From NCBI GenBank assembly GCA_013239625.1, contig MU053431.1, positions 1,514,485 through 1,578,484 of the forward strand: 64,000 nucleotides of DNA, written 5' to 3'. Positions 1 to 12,000 of the stretch are shown here, piece by piece; the stretch's first letter is position 1; each line of letters begins with the position of its first letter. Source of the DNA: Lama guanicoe. Lineage: Eukaryota. Below the pieces are notes generated by a model, which did no database searches, had not been told where the DNA came from, and was given only the letters and a program-made list of their open reading frames with translations. The position numbers were made by a program, and so were the translations under genes.

Positions 1-87
1 AGACGTTGTCCTGGTTCTGGCTGGCGTTGCGCTGGTCCACCTCGGGGTCATAGTAGCAGTCGTGGGCGTGGCCGTGGCAGTTGCAGG
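1..87 (-). CDS. LAMA5: LAMA5 exon 8 (partial, runs off window)
   Basis: CAG|(S)[28 protein letters not shown]. Confidence 0.95.
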
Positions 88-3000
88 CTGGAGAGCAGGG
101 GGCTCAGCCGTCAGCAGGCCTCCACGAACCCCCCCCCCCGACTGGGACCCCGGAGTACATCCCACAAACCATGGGTGACCCCAGATGTGGCCTGGCTCAG
201 GTGACTGAACAGGCCTTATTGCCTGAATGTGTCAACAACATGTGTTTGAGCGTGTGTAAGCGTGTGTGTATGTGAGTGCACGTGTGAATGTTGTGTGAGC
301 GTTGTATGTACTATGGGAGCACGTGTGCATGTGTCCGAGAGCAAGCACGGGTGTTGTGTGTGTGCATGTGTGTGCGCAGGGGGATTTACGCAGTCTATAT
401 TAACATGACAAGTACCGGAAAATCTGCAATCATCTGTGTAAATGATGTCTTACCAAGAATCTGAAAGGCATCTAAGAGATGCGCACGTGAGTGCACGTGC
501 ACCAGCACTGTGTGTGCACACGTGGGCATGTGTGCAAGGGCACGGGGGTACACGTGGGGCACTCACACTGGCACTCGTTGGCACTGTCGGTGGTGGCTGG
601 CTTCCACGGCTGCTGGTTGAAGCCAGGGCAGCAGCGGTCACAGGAGCCCCCACATGTGTTGTGCTGGCAGGCACACTGCAACCTGCGGGGACACGAGGGC
701 ACAGGAAGGGCTCAGACCCACCGTGGACCCAGAGGGACACGGGAGAGCAGTGGGAGCAGGGCCGTGTAGGGCCCCTGTCGGGGTGGGAGCCGTGACAGGG
801 CTGTGTGTCTGTGGGTGGGGTCCGGGGCAGGGCGCTGAGCGGTGGGCACAGGCGACCTGTCTGCAGGTCAGCCCAGAGCGCTGCGGCCTTCAGGATCGAG
901 CCATGCCCTCCCCGCCAGGGCCAGGACCCAAGGCCAAGCCTCCAGCTTTCCTGGGCCAGCTCTGAGATCGAGGTCTCGCTCAGCCAGCAGCCCTGAGCTC
1001 AGCCGGACGCCCCCACGGATCCCCAGAGGCAAGCGGCCAAGAACCGCTTCCTCTTCCATCTGGGGGCGGACACCGGTCAGGGGGCTGGAATCCTGCCTGC
1101 TGTCCTGGAGAGCAGCTCCGCCGGCTCAGGGGGACAGCTGGCTGCAGCTGAGGACTGAGGTGGTGGCCACCTCCTGCACAGCCCCCACCCCAGCACACAC
1201 CCACACAGCTCAGCCGAGCAGGGGCAGGAGTCACGGCCCGCTCCCCGGGCTGCTGGCTCCTCCGCCTGGGCCAGCAGCACAGCGGCAGTGCCAGGCATCC
1301 CCTGAGCAGGACCCCAGGAGCCAGGCCAAGAACACCCCCGGAGCTTCAAATCACGGGAGTCAAATCAGGGCCTTGGGAGTCAGGCCTGCTGCTCCTCGGC
1401 ATCCAGGGAGGAGACAGGGATAACCTGCCAGGCGTCTCACCACGGGAAGGCCCGAGGATCTGTGACCAGCAGCCTGTGGCTGATGTTTGATTCTTCAAGA
1501 ATCTACATGGTTGGGGCACGCCTGAACCAAGAAGTTGATGCAAAAAGTGGGGTGTTCGGCAAAAGCCCTCACAAAACCACTCTGGAGAGGGTCCGTCCAA
1601 CCCAGGGCACATGGTTGCTGCATGGATGGAGCCCTGATGAAGAGCTTGCAAAGGAACGTCCCCACAGGGTCAGCCGACGCACCCAACAGCAGGACGCGAC
1701 CTTGGGAATGGCACTTAATGGAGCGCCGGAGTGGATGGGAGCTAGAACCACAGAGGAGAAGCAGCTGTTCGTGGAGACGCCCCAGGAAGCAGAAAGAGGA
1801 GAGGAGAAATACACTAACTTCTCCCCTTCTCCCACCCTCCCATGTTCCACAAGTACCTCCCACTGGCCACATCCCCCAAAAGTCAGAGGGCAGGCAGCCT
1901 GGGAAATGTAGTTCTCTGATATACAGAACAAGGAGAGGGCAGGAAATTTAGATTTGAGGAAGAACAGGATACTTAACATCTTTGAATGTTTTCATTTTTT
2001 TTTCACTTGTGAAATAAGCATTGTAATTCAGTGTTGCTGTAAACATTAAATTATGCATTTAAAGCACTGAGCAGGATGCCTGCCATATTACAAGCTCTCA
2101 ATAAATGTTTTCTTATGATGGAAAAGAAAAAAAAATGGAGTGCCGAGTGGAAACCACAAAAACAGAACGTTTCAAGATTATAACAAAAGAATCTAGAACA
2201 TAATAAAAACTGCAACGCTACGAAACATAGGCAGATGTGACCAAAGAGTCCACCAGAATGCCTCTAAGTGAAAAATAAAATTATTGAAATTAAAGATTCA
2301 AAGGATGGGGGTGGGTCTAGCTCAGCGGTAGAGCACATGCTTAGCATGCATCGGGTCCTGGGTTCCATCCCCAGTAACTCCATTATAGAAAAACCTAATT
2401 ATCTCCCCAACAAAATAAGTTTTTTAAAAAGACTCGAAGGATGGGCTAGACAGCAGATCAGACACAGCTGAAGATTCAGGGACCTGAAGAAGCCACCCAG
2501 AAGGCAGAGGGTCAGACACACCCAAGTCCTGGGAGGGAAGGAAGCCATGGGCACCTCCGGCACTACACGCTCCCGAGAGAGAGCAGAGGCCAAGGGGAGC
2601 AGCCGGCCCCCGAGAGAGCCAAAGGCCAGAAGCGGCCCTGAATTAACAAAGACGTATTCTCAAGTTCAAAAAGTGAGATTCCTGGGCAGCAAAAATGACG
2701 TCCCCTCCTCAATGCTGCAGAGAACAGAAGCCCGTGGAGCTTGGAGGGGAGACGACAGAAGTGTCCGGAAGAGGCAGAAAACCCACAGCGGTGACCACGT
2801 AGGCGACAGCAGCCTCTACCCACCATCAGGAGACACCAGAGGCAGTGAAGTGACATCTCCGAAGTGTTGAGAGGCACGGCCATCACCCAGAATGCCTATG
2901 GCCAGCTGAACTGTCATCCAAGAGCGAGGACAAAATGGGGCAGTTTCAACAACTCCCAGATTCTCATGGAAGAACTGAACAGAGCATCTCAGGAAAAGGA

Positions 3001-6000
3001 AACTGAGTCCCCAGAGATGCACTGGGGGCCAAGCAAAGATGGGAAACAAGAAAGCGGGCGTCCGGTGGGCAGCTCCGTGGGCAGCGCCGGGAGCAGGTGC
3101 TGTGCCTGGGGTGAGTGTTCTGGGGTCCCCGCTCATCAGGGAGACAGCTGGTTAAATCTGGATTTGGAGAAGTCAAGTATGCCTTGCAGAGTGAGGGCCA
3201 CCATCACAAGCAACAGAACCAGAAAGAAACATATGGTGCCACCCACTGCCAGACATTCACACGTGGAATCTGACCCCAGCTCGATGGCGTCTGGAGGTGG
3301 GGCCTCGTCCACAGGATCGGGTCCTTACATAAAGACCCCAGAGAGCCCCCTCAGGCCTTCCCTGCTGCGCAGACACAGCCAGAAGACAGCCACCTGTGAA
3401 CCAGGAAGGGGGCCTCGCTAGTCTCCAGAACGGTGAGAAGCGCACTTCTGTCATTTATACGCCACCCAGCCCAGGCACTTTGTTAGCCTGACCCACCTAC
3501 GACACCAAGGTAATCACAACATGGGGCTGTGAAATCAGGCGGCGGGCAAGAGTGAGTGAGGGGCACGGGGGTGGTGATGCAGCTGAGAGGACACAGGTGA
3601 GGCTGGAGGTGGTGGAGGTAAGGGGCAGGGGCTAGCTAGTGGGCAGGGTCCACGAAAGAGAGGCAGAGGTGGAAGGAGTCAGGTGTGCAGGGAGAACACG
3701 CCTGGCTGATACTCGGGGATGCTGGTGTGGGAGGAGATGCTGGTGTCTGTGGTTCTGGGGAAGGTGCCCATCCCGAGCCACCGCACTCGCCCTGCAGGGA
3801 GAGCTGAGCGTGGTCCACGCCCAGGCGCAGGTGAGTCAGGGCGGATGCCGACGCCTTCCCAGCAGGCAAGGGCAGGCCCACCTCTCCTCTGAGGCCAATT
3901 TGGCAGCCCAGCAGGCACCCCTCCCGAGCATCACAAGTTCCCACTTGGCACTTAATTTCCCAGTGCAATTAGCTGCGCCTGAGCTCAGCTCCCAAAGCTG
4001 CAGGCAGGAGCCCATGCCTGGGGCCCACTGGAGGCCAGACAGGGCCGGAGGGCCTGCAGGAGGGAAGTGGCCCGAGCCCTTCAGTGAGTGCGACTGCACC
4101 CCTTCCTCCTCCAGCCCCATCAGCCACACCTGAAGGTGTCTGGGACTCACCACTGGGTGTGGCTTTGTGAGGATCGGGGAGAGCCTCTGCACTGTCTGTG
4201 CTTCACTTGCCTCCACCGTAAACTAGGGTGTGGGCACAGCAGAAGTGGGGGGCTGCACAATTTTGAGGTAAGAGGCTCTGCTGCCTCTCTTGGCACCTCC
4301 TGATCAGCCCTGTCCTGCTCTATGACCCCACAGCACTCAGCCCTGGGGGAGGCCTCTGCACCGGGGACAGGTCTGCACGTTCCCTGTCTGCCCAGACCAG
4401 GTGCTCCTGGGGCTGGGAGCCCACCTGTGTCCCCTGGGCAGGAACAGAGCCCAGTGTCCGCTCAACACAGCTGCTGATGGAGAGGGGGAAGGAAGGGAGG
4501 AAAGAAAGAGAGAAGGAGGAAGAAAGGAGAGACAGAAGGGAAAAAGGAAGGGAGGGATGAACAAACAAGCGAGCCCCATGGCTGGGGGTGCGAGCCAGGA
4601 GGACAGCCCTGGCCCGGCGCCAGGCCCACTGGATAATTTGGCTGAGTACTCACTACCGAATTTAGGGTGACCAGAGCCACTTAGGCACACAGCGTCTAGA
4701 GGCAGCTTGGTAAAGATGCAGATTCCTGGGCCCTGCCTCACTGGTTGGCTCCGGTTGGGGCCCAGGTTCTGCTGCCTGTGGGCTCAGCGCCCTTGGCTGC
4801 CCCAGCGGCACGACCACAGGGCATGTCGGGGTGGGGGGTGGTCTCTGGGCTGCTCCCTGCCCGGAGCCTTGGCCCCTGCTGGTGAGGGGGTGTGAAGGTC
4901 AGGGTGGGAGCAGTAGGGAGTGTATCCTTTGTGTTCTCCAGTAAAGTAGGGGAGCTTCCCCCGTCCCGGGGGACAGGTTACCTCCCTCACTGATCCCCCT
5001 CGACAGGGCCCTGGGCTTGCGGTGTGGAGGGGCAGCAGGGCAAATAGGCCCACGCCTGGCACAGGGCATCCAGGGAGGCCGCACGTGGTGCTGTCCCTCC
5101 GCCTCACTGCGCACGTGGGGAAACAGGCCACGGGGCGGGGAACCAGTGCAGCTCATGCAGGGCCAGGGTCATGGTGGGTAATGCCACCAGGCCTCCTCCG
5201 CCCAGGTTGGGCAGGAAGCTGCAGGTCTCACCTGAAGGGGTCTGTCGGGTCCTTGGCGTCACAGACATCCGCGTGCCCGTGGCAGACGCAGCGGCCGCCG
5301 ACGCTGATGTCCTTGATGCTGTAGTAGTACTGCACCCAGCGTGGTAAGCAGAGCGCCATGCACATCAGCCCCCAGCCCGAGCCCCAGGTGGCCCCTCCCC
5401 ACCAGCCCCTGCAGCCCGCCCTTGGCCCCGCCCCCGGGGCCCCGCCCCGCGGCCCGCCCACTCACCCGGCGGGTGACCGTGGGGTCCCTCAGCGCCTTCC
5501 CCATGAGGTGGCCCAGTAGCGTGTTGGTGCGCAGGAAGCGCAGGCGGATGTTGGTGGCTTTGGTGAAGTCACGCAGCAGGGGCGAGTAGGAGAAGTTCAT
5601 GGCCCCTGGGCGCCCGTTCACCAGGGACACCACGATCTGCGGACGGGCCAAGGGTCAGGCCGGGTCGTGGCCCCAACACTGACCGCCACTCCTGACCAGC
5701 CGCCCGCCAGCGCCGTGCCGCCTCGCGAGGGCGCACCTCGCCATTCTCCAGGGGCACGATCCGGGAGTACTCCGTGGTGCAGAGGACAGCGTCATCCCTG
5801 GAGATGCGCTCCAGCGTCTGCGGCCCGAAACGCTCCAGGCAGTCCCTCTTGGAAGCTGCAGGAAGGCAGGAGGGTGAGGGCGCCGTGCTCCGGGAAGCCC
5901 TCAGGGCCCGTCCCACGTCACTGCCCTGCCTGCCTGGGCTTCTCGGAGCCTCACAGCCTCAACCGTGAGGCAGCATCAATCAGCGGCTGGAACCCAGCCC

Positions 6001-9000
6001 GTCCCTCAGGGCTTTGTTGAAGAGTGTGGCACTCTGGATCACAGGGAGCCCCCTCAGGAGGGCATGGCCCCTGCCCAGGCTGACCCTGCCCATGTCCCAG
6101 TGACTCTGAACTTGCCCACATCCAGGCCTTTGCTGTTCCTGCCCAGCTCTCTGTACAGGACCAGTGTCCCCCTGGGTGGCCCTCCTCATCCCCATCTTCG
6201 GGGGACCCCTGTTCCTGACTGTCCCTTATAGCACTGCCCCACCCTCACTCTTGGGCCTTGGAGTCTGGGGAGACACATGTCCCAGACACCCTCAATCAAA
6301 GCATCCCCATCAACATGATTGGTAAGGTGGTACAAGGCCGGCCAGTGAGCAGGGCTCCTGTGCTCTCCGGATCTGGCAGCTAAGCTGGCCGCCTCTGTCA
6401 CCTCCGGAGCTGCTGGAGGATGAGGCCAGTCCACAGGAGCCAGGAGATGGCCTGAGACTCCTGCACCAACAGCGCTGGCCCCAGCTGCGCCCTCATCAGG
6501 GAGGAGAGCCACCAAATCCCCACCTGCCTTCGGGAACGTGCCCTGACCCACCCAAAGCCGGGGTGAGGGCAGGCCTGGCATCTGGAGACCCTGAGCGTGC
6601 ATGACGATGGCAGCCCATCCCAGGGGACACCCCCCAGCCCCGGGACACTCACAGGCGAAGAACTGCCACGGCTGGTAGGTGCGGCCGAAGTCCGTGGACC
6701 GCTCCAGCACCCAGAGGTCCGGCCGAGGGGAGTTGGCAAACTTGATGAGCACGTACGCCACGTGGAACACCTGTGGGGCAGGGAGTGTGTGGACACCCCT
6801 GAGCCCCTTCCATGCTACTCGGGGCCCCACGAGCGCCTGGAGGGCCACCCTAACCCTGCAAGGCAGGGCTCCCTTTTCCCACAGGGGACATCTGTAGGTT
6901 TGCCCACAAGGGCCAGAGGCACCCAGGGGCGAGGGCCAGCGGTCCGGCCCAAGGCCATCGAGGCCTGCACTGGGGACACAGAGATGACCATCAGGAACCC
7001 ATCATTTTGGAAGGGCTCCCTTCTTGGACCTGGGGTTACCTGAGCCTAGAGCGCAGACCCACCTGCCTCCCCATTCCCACCCCAGGAGCTCAGAGAGCCA
7101 CACTGGTCCTTTGGGCTTTGAGGCTGCAGACAGGCCTGATAGGGGCTGGAGTCAGACGGGGCACACATGGGGCAGCCTGTCTACTGGGCCCAGGCAGTGG
7201 GGCTGGGTAAGGCAAAGACAAGACTCATCCCACTGTCCCCAGAGCCCTGGTGGCCGGCCTGAAAAGGTGGCTAGACAGTGTCCCAAGCTCCCAGGAGCCT
7301 GGCATAGCCGACAGGTGAACCCCTGTACCGGGATGGGGCTCCTGTCCCAGCCTCACCCCAGTCACCCCCATCATTCTCAGAGCTGGCTCAGGACCTGCCT
7401 GTTTCACCTAACACTGACCAGCTCGCTGCCAGAGGGCCCCAGGCGCAGGCAGCACGAAGCAACCAGGGCCCAGCCCCCACCACGTCAGGAGCCCCAAGGG
7501 GGCAGATGGACTGGAAAATGGGCCTTCCCAGAGCTGGGCTGGGGAGACCCTGCCAACTCAGGAGTCAGAGGCTGGAGATCTGGGGGGCTCTGGGCACGTC
7601 AGGGCAGCACCCAGCCAAGGGAGGGGGAGGCTGCTCTTCAGAGGCACCCAGAACCCCTCACCAAGGCCCCACGCCCACCTCTTCTGCTCTCTCCCCAGGG
7701 TCTTGGCCTCTCCCCTCACCTCGTCCTGGCTAGAGGTCAGCATCCCTGGCCGTCCCTGTGTCCTGTACCCCTCCTCGGCTGGCTGCCCCCTGGCCCTGCA
7801 GTATGGCCGGTCTTAGCCTTGGGCCCCCTGCCCTACCTGGCAGCGCCTGGGGAAGCCCTCCTGACTGCAGCCCAGCCATGCCGGCCCGAGCGCCTTGGAC
7901 ATGCAGGTGCAGGGGGCGGGGTGATTAAGACGCCCCTTCCAAGAGGCAGCTGCTCTGTGGAGGCTGAAGGGCCCCTCCAGGCTGGGGAGCTGGGTTCTCA
8001 CTGCCCAGGGCACAGGCCACAGCCCTGGGAAGGGGCTCTGGGTCCACTGAGAACAGCCACTGGGAATGGCTCAGGCAGAAGCCTCTGCCCAGCCTGTGGC
8101 CTCGATGAGGGGCTGAGCCAAGCAGACCCCCGAGAGGGTGGCACCTGGCAGAGTGCACCCCTGCTGTGCGCCCGTCGCTGGGGTGGCACTCGGCCTCAGC
8201 CGGCCCTACCTGGGACCACAGTAGGGGACTGTGGTGTCCGGACCATGTAGCTCTGAGGGCCAGTGGTAGAGGGCGCTCTGCCCAACCCTCACTTCGGCCC
8301 CAAGGCCAAGAGAACAAAGCAAGACAGAGCCACTGTCCAGGCTACTCTCTCTGTACGAAGTTTGGGCTCCGAGGAGACCCGGGCAGAGCTGGCAGGGGAT
8401 GCGGGCACCCAGCCTGCACGCGGGGAGAGTGGGAAGCCCTGGACGAGGGCAGAGACACAGCTAGTGAGTGCACGGTGCTTGCAGGGCGCCCGTCCCTGCC
8501 CTAGGCCCCCAGACCACACCCCCACCCAGGCCCCTCACAGGAGAGCCCGCAGGTGGGCTTTGAGCTGCCTGCCGGCCACTCAAAGGGGATGGCAATGCCA
8601 CACTGCAAACCACCCACCATGGCCTGAGTGGGGCCCTGCCTGGCCCAGGGGAGCAGGCTCCCTTCTGGTGTCCACTGGTCTGGATTTCTGCCTGGACCAG
8701 CGGGACTTCTGGTGGCTGGCCAGGTCCCGAGCCTTGGGCCACATGGGGCAGAGTGGAGGGTCCCCTCCAGGGCGGCCAGGGCCCACAGTTGGCCCCCTGA
8801 CCCTTTGTTAGCCTGAAGCTGCTGCAGTGACCCCATGAAGGGACAGTGGAGGGGCCGTGGACCCCTTACGGACTAGCCCTCAGGAGGCCAGGCTGCTAAG
8901 AGTCCAGGTGTGGGGTGGCTGGGGGTGGAAGGTCCCAGGACCCTGAGGCGCACCCATTCTGAGTCCTGCCCTTCCCGGAAGGCCTGGCGTTTGCAGGGAA

Positions 9001-12000
9001 GGGCCTTTCCCTGGGTGTGGGGGGCAGAGAAGGCCTATTCACCCACTGCCAGGCCTTGAGGTCATCTTCCACTTAGCCCTGCCTGGTCAGGGGCGGGGCT
9101 CGAGCCTCTGAGGGGATGGACCCTACACCCGACAGGCACCATGGCCAACCCTCAGGCATTCCAGGGAGCTCTGGGGACTTCGGATGCCCCGGTGCCAGGA
9201 GGGGTCTTCGTAAGGAAGGGGGGCATGGCGACGTGGGGGGCCTGGGTGTGCACTGGACTCGGGACACTGGCTGCTCTGGGGAGCGGCAGCATGGCCCCTA
9301 CCAAAGGACCCCCAGAGATTAAAGGCTCCAGCCAAGCCCTCTGGGGCCCACCCCCGCCTTTCCCTGAGCGAGGCCACCAGGCCGCACCCTCAGCCGGTTG
9401 GCTCTAGCTGCCCCCGGGTCGGCGGGCCGGGTGCATTTTTCCCAGCTGAGAGCACTCGCACAAACGCTGACGCGGAGACGCGCTCAGGCAGGCCGGGGTG
9501 GCGCGGGGACCCTGGCCACGGCCGGCGTGCCGCGGTGCGCTCACGGACAGAGCCTGCTTTCTGTCCTCCTGTCCACCTGGTCGTCTGTCTGTCATGCAGG
9601 GGCCCCGGCCCCGGCTGGAGGGATGGGAAGGCATGTGCCCGGCTCTCCCCATCTGGCCCAGACCTGGTCCCAGCTCCCGGGGCCACACAGCCGCCCCAGG
9701 CATGACCCGGGAGCCAGCGGAGACCCCGGCCTCCCTGGGCGCAGCCCTCCCAGCAGCCCCGCCCGCTCAGCCCCGCTCAGCTGCCAACTCCGGCTGACCT
9801 TTCCCGCTGCTAGAGTGCTGTGCGAAAGGAAAAAAACGGCTTTTAAAGCAAAAGCCAAACAAAAGCCTCCTGAGTTATTTTTAAAAATCGGGCTATTTCG
9901 GGGCAGGCACGTCTCCAGGACAGCAGCTGGACCCGCCTCTCAGCCATCACACCCCCAGGGCCCCCACACCCAGCCTGACCTGGGAGGGCCAGGGCTCTCC
10001 AGGAGGGGACCTGTCCTGTGACCTGGGCCTGACAGTGGGGGATGGGGGGGACAAGAGCCTAGAAAGCAGGGTGGGCTCTGGGCTTCCGTGACTGTATAGC
10101 CTTGGGTGGGCACTGGGCAGGGGGACACACACAGCAGAAGTCAAAGTCCAGGGGTCAGGGCACAAGGCCTTTCAGAATGGTGTGAAGGCTCTGAGGGCCT
10201 TGAAAGGGAAGAGGCCACCTGTCCCTGGAGGTGGACAAGCAGAAGCCAGCAGCCACCTGCAGGGACGCCGTAGAAGGCCCCAGAGCCACACCACACCTGC
10301 TGCTGTCCGGAGGCAGAGGTGCGGGGAGGGGAGTGAACAGGGGCTGGCGCTGTGGTCAGAAAACAGAGGGGCCAGAGAGGAAACCGGTAATTCGGGCTCT
10401 GCCGGGTCCCCGCAGCCCCAGGGCCGGGGGTGCAGAAGGCGGGGGCTGCTGGGCAGCTGACCAGCAGCCCCCGGGCTCAGGCACTCACATCCCAGGGTAG
10501 GGCCCAGGCTGGAGCCCCCCGGGCAGCACAAGGCTGTTGGGGCCAGCACACCCTGCCTCTCCGGGCTGGGAAGCCCCAGGCAGGCCCTTGTGGCCCTGTC
10601 CTGGGGAAGGGGGGCCCACCCCCACCCGCTGGGCCGGGCAGCATGAATCACCAGGCTATCTGTGACTCAGCCCCGGCCCCACAGGAAGCAGGCCCTGTGC
10701 TGATTCCCGGGACGGGGCAGGGTCCCAGGCTGCGGCTGGTGGAGGCAGGAAGCCCCTCCCAGCCCAGGCGCTCCCCCCAGGGGAAGTCCTGGGGTACCCA
10801 GACCTCCCAATCCCCCTGGCCCAGACTGCTGGACCAGCCTTCAGGGCTCTGTGTGCTGAATCCACCTGGACCACCCCCCTCAACCCTGGACTCCTGGGCT
10901 GGCCTTCAGGGCGCTGTGTGCTGGATCCAACTGGCCCAGCACCCCCAGGCTTGCCCCCTCCCCAGTGTGCCTGCCCTGGGGCAGAGACCCCACCTGGAAA
11001 CCTCGATAAAGAGAAACGCCACAGGAGGGGGGCCGGCCAGGCATGTCTACTCGGGCCCCCAACAGGGCAAATCCACATGGCCATCCACACAACGGGACCA
11101 GGGAGCCAAAAACAGGCCCCATGTGGACACAGCTCCAGGAGTGCCAAAGCCATTGCTGGAAAGAAAAATAAACCATGGAAGTGCAGAGAGGGCAGCAGAG
11201 GACCCAGGCACCCTGGCTCTGCGGGGCGGGGTGCCCGAGGCACAGGTGTGTGGGGCAGAGTGGGGTGGGGGTGGAAGCGCTCCTGATGGGTGTGCAGAAG
11301 CTCACCAGCTGGAGTGAAGGGCAGATGCCCCGTGTGGCCCAGCACCTCAGTGGAGCTGGCCTGGGGGGATTCAGGGACCCCAAACACCGAGGGGCTGTCT
11401 TGGGCCCCCAGGCTTGAAGGTGGTTTTCCAGGCCCAGGCCCAGCCCAGAGCTCCTTGCTCCCACTCTGACCTCCCTGCAGCCGGCCCAGGTCAGGCCAGA
11501 CGGGCAGCCCCAGGCCATGCGGAGTGGAGTTTTCCCCAGGGGAGCCCTGACCCCCAAACTGCTTACTCTCCGCTGAGTGGCACTGCTTGAGGCCAACACC
11601 ATAGGGTTGGTTTAAACACAGACAGAAAACAGAAGTGAGAGTTGGTGGGGGGCATCTGTGTGCCCAGACGAGTGGGGCCAGGATGGCCAGGTGAGTGTGG
11701 CAGCAGCAGGGTGTGCGGGGCCGGGGACAAATGGCCCTGTGTCCTCTGAGCAAAGCAGAGGCAGGGTGTCCAGACGCTCAGGAGGAGAGATGGGGCCTGT
11801 GCTGGCCTGAGGACCCACCCCGGGGATGCTATTCCAGCCCTCCACGCTATCCTCTCCCAGGGAGCCCAGCTCAAGGCCCACGTCCAGCCCAGCCCCCACA
11901 CCTGTGCTGGCCGCTGGACTCTGTAACCAGAGCCTGGCCAGCCTCAGTCACACTTCCTGCCACTTCCCTTAAACAACCCCACTGACCCTCCTGGGGTGCT

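Noticed and set aside
2308-2385. tRNA-Ala-like sequence
   Set aside because: It has a TSD, an A-rich tail and diverged siblings at 16352 and 25255, so it is a SINE, not a tRNA gene.
4922-4930. Perfect U12 donor GTATCCTTT on the + strand
   Set aside because: Antisense to LAMA5, with no associated exon or U12 branch site found; one 9-mer hit is unremarkable in 128 kb of both strands.
7024-8250. 408-aa + strand ORF, and similar long ORFs at 10656-11753, 31375-32412 and 52139-53386
   Set aside because: Pro/Gly/Arg/Ala-rich with no recognisable domain and often non-ATG starts; expected from stop-codon scarcity in GC-rich DNA. The 52139-53386 ORF is only joined through an N-gap.
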